Below are positions 60,335 to 64,000 of a DNA stretch of 64,000 nucleotides, one piece after another. The DNA is taken from assembly GCA_017483305.1 (NCBI GenBank), contig JAFULC010000044.1, positions 127,866 to 191,865 of the forward strand, read 5' to 3'. Made by a program: the position numbers and the translations under genes. Each line of letters starts with the position of its first letter. Within the stretch, counting starts at the first letter, position 1. A model generated the notes under the pieces. The model worked only from the letters and a program-made list of their open reading frames with translations. It had not been told where the DNA came from and made no database searches. The stretch comes from Clostridia bacterium. GTDB taxonomy: Bacteria > Bacillota > Clostridia > Oscillospirales > CAG-272.

Positions 60335-61402
60335 ATGATCAAAAAAATCAGCACGGAGTATCCTCATATTGACGCATATCGAGATGTGAAGCCCGAAATT
60401 GATGCTGCAATAAAAAAGGTTAAGTTTTTGCTTGGCTACCAAAAAACCTATTTTGCAGTTCAAAGGGATCTGAGAGTGGCTTTGCGCCGTATGACTAATG
60501 ATGCGCTTATTGAAAAAATGCAAGCGGAGAAAAACACGGCTTTTCTTGATGAAATCAGAAGATCAACACCTCATAAGGCTACCATAGAAAAGCTGATTGG
60601 GGACATAGACGTCTTTGAAGCGGAAAACAAAAAGCTCCTCTCTGCAATTATTAAAAACGGTAAGCTTGACAGCAAAGAATTTGCCGTAATCTATCCGTAT
60701 CTTTACACGCTTGCCGAGGACAACACCTCGCACGATAGAATTTCCCCCGAGCTCATACTGTTCTTTGCTGAAAACACGAAGGAAAAATGCTATCTTTCAT
60801 CCGTAGATGAATACGCAATTTTTTACTATCTGCTCATTAAGATAAAGGCTAAAGGCAGATATGGATTTGCATATCCTCACTTGGCTGATGAGCTTGTCTC
60901 GTGTATTGAGAACTCGGCGAATATGCCAATGAAGAGCCGTATGGAATTTTATCTTGAGGCAGGCGATTATTACTTAAAATCTTGTCAAAGAGATAAAGCA
61001 ATGTCTTGCTATAAAAAAGCAGCTCTCACCGCCAAGGAAAGTGGCGACGTTGAAGGCTCGGCATATGCTATGCAAAAGTATTACAGAGTGAATCAGAGCT
61101 TTCCCGAACCAATGCAGATAAAACCCAACGTGGAAGAAATTCAAGCGGAATACGGAAAATACTCTCCGATTGTATTGCAAGGTATAACCGCTCCCACGTT
61201 CAAGGTAGATCCTATTGAATTTACCGAAAACTTTGCTGAAAAATACCAAGCGGTTATGTGGAAGGTTGAAGCGGAAATCGATAAGACCAGAGATCTTAAT
61301 TCGGTTTATCAACGCTGGAACCTGATGGAAAAATATTTTGCTGAAATAAATACTCCGTGGAGATGCCCTAAGGCTATGAATCCCGGTATGATGTTTGACT
61401 GA
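60335..61402 (+). CDS. Hypothetical helical (TPR-like) protein (355 aa)
   Basis: YLEAGDYYLKSCQRDKAMSCYKKAALTAKESGDVEGSAYAMQKYY. Confidence 0.55.
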   Translation: MIKKISTEYPHIDAYRDVKPEIDAAIKKVKFLLGYQKTYFAVQRDLRVALRRMTNDALIEKMQAEKNTAFLDEIRRSTPHKATIEKLIGDIDVFEAENKKLLSAIIKNGKLDSKEFAVIYPYLYTLAEDNTSHDRISPELILFFAENTKEKCYLSSVDEYAIFYYLLIKIKAKGRYGFAYPHLADELVSCIENSANMPMKSRMEFYLEAGDYYLKSCQRDKAMSCYKKAALTAKESGDVEGSAYAMQKYYRVNQSFPEPMQIKPNVEEIQAEYGKYSPIVLQGITAPTFKVDPIEFTENFAEKYQAVMWKVEAEIDKTRDLNSVYQRWNLMEKYFAEINTPWRCPKAMNPGMMFD

Positions 61403-61409
61403 GGTGAAT

Positions 61410-61763
61410 ATGGAAAAAATCAGAGTAAGCGTATATTGGGAAGTAGGAAAAGATGAAGCCGGAAATCAGCTTATCAGCTATTTAAGAGATGACCTTGCCG
61501 AAATCAAGCTCGGTGTCCTCGATAAAGAAGAGGATATTGGGGTGGAAATCATCGAAATTTCCAATGATGAGATCACCGTTAAGGCAGACGGCAAGAAATA
61601 TCCCCTCAAGAAAGGCGAACGTGTGGAGTTTGATTGCTGGACGGGCTACTACGGCGATAGTAGCGATAACCAATATTTCTTCATCATCTCTTGGGAGGAT
61701 GAAGCGATAAGCAATTACACCGAAACTATGCTGGATCTAAAAAAAGATTACATAAAGAATTAA
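61410..61763 (+). CDS. Small beta-module protein (117 aa)
   Basis: GVEIIEISNDEITVKADGKKYPLKKGERVEFDCW...YFFIISW. RBS GAGGTG. The track's TTG at 61395 is rejected. Confidence 0.55.
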   Translation: MEKIRVSVYWEVGKDEAGNQLISYLRDDLAEIKLGVLDKEEDIGVEIIEISNDEITVKADGKKYPLKKGERVEFDCWTGYYGDSSDNQYFFIISWEDEAISNYTETMLDLKKDYIKN

Positions 61764-61776
61764 GGAGAAGCGCGAA

Positions 61777-62667
61777 ATGGAAGATAAAAAGTTTTTAAGA
61801 GTAACAGGTAAACGAGTAGAAAAGAACGGAAATATCGTAGCTGAGGCAACGGCAGTTGTGCCATATATTAAGGGTGGCGCAGCCAAGCTGCCCGACGTGG
61901 CTCCCTTTAACACAAACGTATGGCTCTGCGGCGACGATGGATTCAATATGAAGTGGATCGAATATACCAGCACCGGTAAGATTGCATATTTTTACGACAA
62001 GTATTACGACCTTGTTGACGGAAAAGCGCACGCAGAGTGCGAGATCAAGGGCGATAATATGATTTTCGACTTTGAGCTTATCGACCTTCGCAAAAACGCT
62101 GATTACGCAATCGCAATGAAGGTTAGAAAGGTAGAGCCCGGTGAAAAGATCGACGAGGGCTGTAGCAAGTTCTTCGGCAGTCCCTGTCTCCCCACGGCAG
62201 ATGATCCATATCCCGATGACGGTGTGTTCTTTGCACAAATTAGATGTGAGGATCTCAAGGATCTTGATCCCGACAACAGACTTCCTCACGAGGGATATCT
62301 TTACTTCTTCCTTGATGCCGAGATGTATCCCTCCGATGACCTTTATATGATGGTTAAGCATACCCTTGAAGAGCCTAAGTATATTCTTGACGATTACAAC
62401 GAGGAGTGTAACATCAAGGGTTTAACCGATACCTACGTTATTACCTTTGAAAAGGTTGATGCAGGATATAGCGGAACAAAGCTCCTCGGCTATCCGAGCA
62501 ACGACGTTGACGATAACGGAGACAGGGGCGGTCTGCTTCTTCAGTACGATCCGCTTGATTTTGACGTACCCTTCCTTTCAACCTGTGACGGATACGCATT
62601 CGTATTCTTTGGTGACAGCGAGGAAAACAAGTTCTCCGGCGCAGATTACGTTGTCTGGGGATCTTAA
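61777..62667 (+). CDS. DUF1963 / YwqG-family protein with ~130-aa N-terminal extension
   Basis: SKFFGSPCLP...FFAQIRCEDL...LPHEGYLYFFLDAEM...KLLGYPS...LLLQYDPLD...GYAFVFF. Confidence 0.75.
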   Translation: MEDKKFLRVTGKRVEKNGNIVAEATAVVPYIKGGAAKLPDVAPFNTNVWLCGDDGFNMKWIEYTSTGKIAYFYDKYYDLVDGKAHAECEIKGDNMIFDFELIDLRKNADYAIAMKVRKVEPGEKIDEGCSKFFGSPCLPTADDPYPDDGVFFAQIRCEDLKDLDPDNRLPHEGYLYFFLDAEMYPSDDLYMMVKHTLEEPKYILDDYNEECNIKGLTDTYVITFEKVDAGYSGTKLLGYPSNDVDDNGDRGGLLLQYDPLDFDVPFLSTCDGYAFVFFGDSEENKFSGADYVVWGS

Positions 62668-62838
62668 ATTCTCTACGCATTTATCTCAAAAATGGTGTTA
62701 TATTAATAAGCTTAGGAAAAAATTATGTCAATTTATTTTAGCAACGCTGGGGCATCTTTGTAAACGGTGAATATCAGCCCGATATGACTTGGGAAGAATT
62801 CTTTGATGCATACAGCGATGTAAAAAAGGTTTAAAGAT

Positions 62839-63195
62839 ATGAATGTAAAGCCGATTATTCACGTTCACTACATTAACGACGACTATAAATCATGGAATCC
62901 TCCACGTGAAGCTAACTTTGAAAAGTATTTATTGGCAACTCCCGGAAGAATTTTTGAAAGTTGCGGAGGATTTGATCCGTTGGACGTGCTTTCCGTTTCC
63001 TCTGACGAGATTGTTATTAGGTTGGATGAAAAAACAAAATCACTCCACCCCGGCGAAACTATTACTATGCACTATGAGTTGCCGGGACTGATCGCTGACG
63101 GCAGCGGATTTGAGTATTTCACCTTAACCGTCCACTGGCTTACAGAAGAGGAAGCGAAATCAGTCGTCGCCGAGCCGATGGGAAAACAAGGATAA
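62839..63195 (+). CDS. Small beta-module protein (118 aa)
   Basis: DVLSVSSDEIVIRLDEKTKSLHPGETITMHYE...YFTLTVHW, the same pattern as 61410-61763. Confidence 0.55.
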   Translation: MNVKPIIHVHYINDDYKSWNPPREANFEKYLLATPGRIFESCGGFDPLDVLSVSSDEIVIRLDEKTKSLHPGETITMHYELPGLIADGSGFEYFTLTVHWLTEEEAKSVVAEPMGKQG

Positions 63196-63253
63196 AATGC
63201 ACCATTTCCGATTTCGGCAGTTCATTGTATTAACGAATGGGTTATTACACAAG

Positions 63254-63288
63254 AAAAAAGCCAAGTCGAATTTCGACTTGGCTTTTTT
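63254..63288 (+). terminator. Terminator closing the island's second operon
   Basis: AAAAAAGCCAAGTCGAA-TTTCGACTTGGCTTTTTT. Confidence 0.9.
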
Positions 63289-63290
63289 CA

Positions 63291-63473
63291 GTGAAATTCG
63301 TTCCTGCGGAACGAGTGAAATACGCTGGCGCGTGTGAAATTGCCTGCGGCAGTGAAATACGCCTACGGCGTGTGAAGGAACGAATTTTATTTCACATTGC
63401 GACCAACGGGAGCAATATTTCACCATTTCCGCAAGGAAATTATTTCACATTCGGCGCAAGCCGAATATTTCAC
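63291..63473. repeat. Mirror-symmetric motif/hairpin array B: GTGAAAT x4 (+1 degenerate) forward, then ATTTCAC x4 reverse, interleaved with unrelated short hairpins
   Basis: Forward copies at 63291, 63315, 63334 and 63352, with a degenerate one at 63372. Reverse copies at 63389, 63417, 63442 and 63467. Hairpins include TCGTTCC-tgc-GGAACGA, ACGCC-tac-GGCGT, ATTTCC-gcaa-GGAAAT and ATTCGGC-gcaa-GCCGAAT. Confidence 0.8.
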
Positions 63474-63502
63474 TTGAAATGTTCACAGATTTGTGATATA
63501 AT
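63474..63502 (+). promoter_or_regulatory. Sigma-A promoter (TTGAAA-17-TATAAT), right copy of the island-bracketing promoter/leader module
   Basis: TTGAAAtgttcacagatttgtgaTATAAT. Confidence 0.75.
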
Positions 63503-63526
63503 GAAGCCAAGAAAGGCGGGAACAGA

Positions 63527-64000
63527 ATGAGAGATGATTTGAAATTATATAAGCATCATAAAAATTATTCTATCTATAAATCTGAACAAGGATGGCTAAA
63601 TTACTATTCCGACGGTGCAATTGAATCGTTGCAAATGGTTCCCGGTGAGTTTGATCCAAAAACTTATAAATTCTCTCCAAGCAAAATAACCGTTCAATAT
63701 AGAACCGGAGAAATATATCAATGGGAAACCTTGTACATAAACGGTTATAACATGGGACAGTTCGGGATTGCAGTTACGACTGACGGCAAGATGGTCTTTG
63801 CTCAAACTTGGGAAAATGGACTATTTTGTTTTGACGCTAAAACAGGTGAACGGATTTGGCGAACTAAGAGTCGTCGCGGTATAACTAACATATTTGTGGG
63901 TGATAACACCATTACAGCGCAGTTGCACGATTACGCAATGCAACTGATCGACATCAAAACGGGGGATGTTTTGATGGAAAAGCGCCCTTGTACCGCTTGG
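63527..64000 (+). CDS. 5' part of a CDS running off the window; PQQ/beta-propeller-like repeats
   Basis: MRDDLKLYKHHKNYSIYKSEQGW...GLFCFDAKTGERIWRTKS...AQLHDYAMQLIDIKTGDVL. Open to nt 64000. RBS AAAGGCGGG. Not in the ORF track because it has no stop. Confidence 0.6.
   Translation, partial: MRDDLKLYKHHKNYSIYKSEQGWLNYYSDGAIESLQMVPGEFDPKTYKFSPSKITVQYRTGEIYQWETLYINGYNMGQFGIAVTTDGKMVFAQTWENGLFCFDAKTGERIWRTKSRRGITNIFVGDNTITAQLHDYAMQLIDIKTGDVLMEKRPCTAW

Noticed and set aside
44249-63195. Looked for prophage, ICE or transposon hallmarks (integrase, recombinase, terminase, capsid, relaxase, transposase) and for polymorphic-toxin domains (LXG, Rhs/YD, HNH, deaminase, ADP-ribosyltransferase).
   Set aside because: None of the translated ORFs shows a motif I can recognise for these families. 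The region is therefore not called a mobile element or a toxin locus, although a profile search could overturn this.

Overview
Firmicutes/Clostridia-type chromosomal segment with SD-type RBSs, sigma-A TTGACA-17-TATAAT promoters and hairpin plus T-tract terminators. (1) 0-9.8 kb is housekeeping: truB, trmB, ychF, an orphan OmpR-type response regulator, an HtrA-like protease, an MFS transporter, a nucleoside-hydrolase-like gene and a lone ACP. An AT-rich lipoprotein gene sits between two copies of one promoter. (2) 9.8-30.7 kb is a surface-protein neighbourhood. It holds two anchored secreted proteins, a small acidic lipoprotein, a GH39-like glycosidase and a strongly expressed-looking 41-aa acidic peptide gene. 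Three tandem giant secreted paralogues follow (1758, 1548 and 1691 aa), built from one recurring uncharacterised module. (3) 30.8-43.7 kb is metabolic: serA, serC, a solitary mazF, fba, a two-gene membrane/Gly-rich operon, an acyl-ACP thioesterase, a GH38 mannosidase, a sugar isomerase and a GNAT. The intergenic regions here are unusually rich in perfect palindromes. (4) A solitary tRNA-Trp (43872-43947) is followed by a ~19-kb, visibly AT-richer, almost entirely plus-strand island (44.0-63.5 kb) of ~26 small to medium genes. Its families include an L7/L12-CTD-MORN fusion, a TM-Rossmann-RyR-like protein, Sel1, DUF1963/YwqG, BspA-type LRR, Zn-ribbon minis, 4x NPCBM-like repeats, and HTH/RHH regulators. 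I could recognise no integrase, transposase, phage gene or toxin. The island is bracketed by two homologous promoter modules, each preceded by a mirror-symmetric array of a 7-9-nt motif interleaved with unrelated GC-rich hairpins. I consider the island, its L12-mimic/membrane pair and these arrays the best candidates for something undescribed. No CRISPR, rRNA or IS element was seen. All family calls come from motif recognition by eye, with no searches run.
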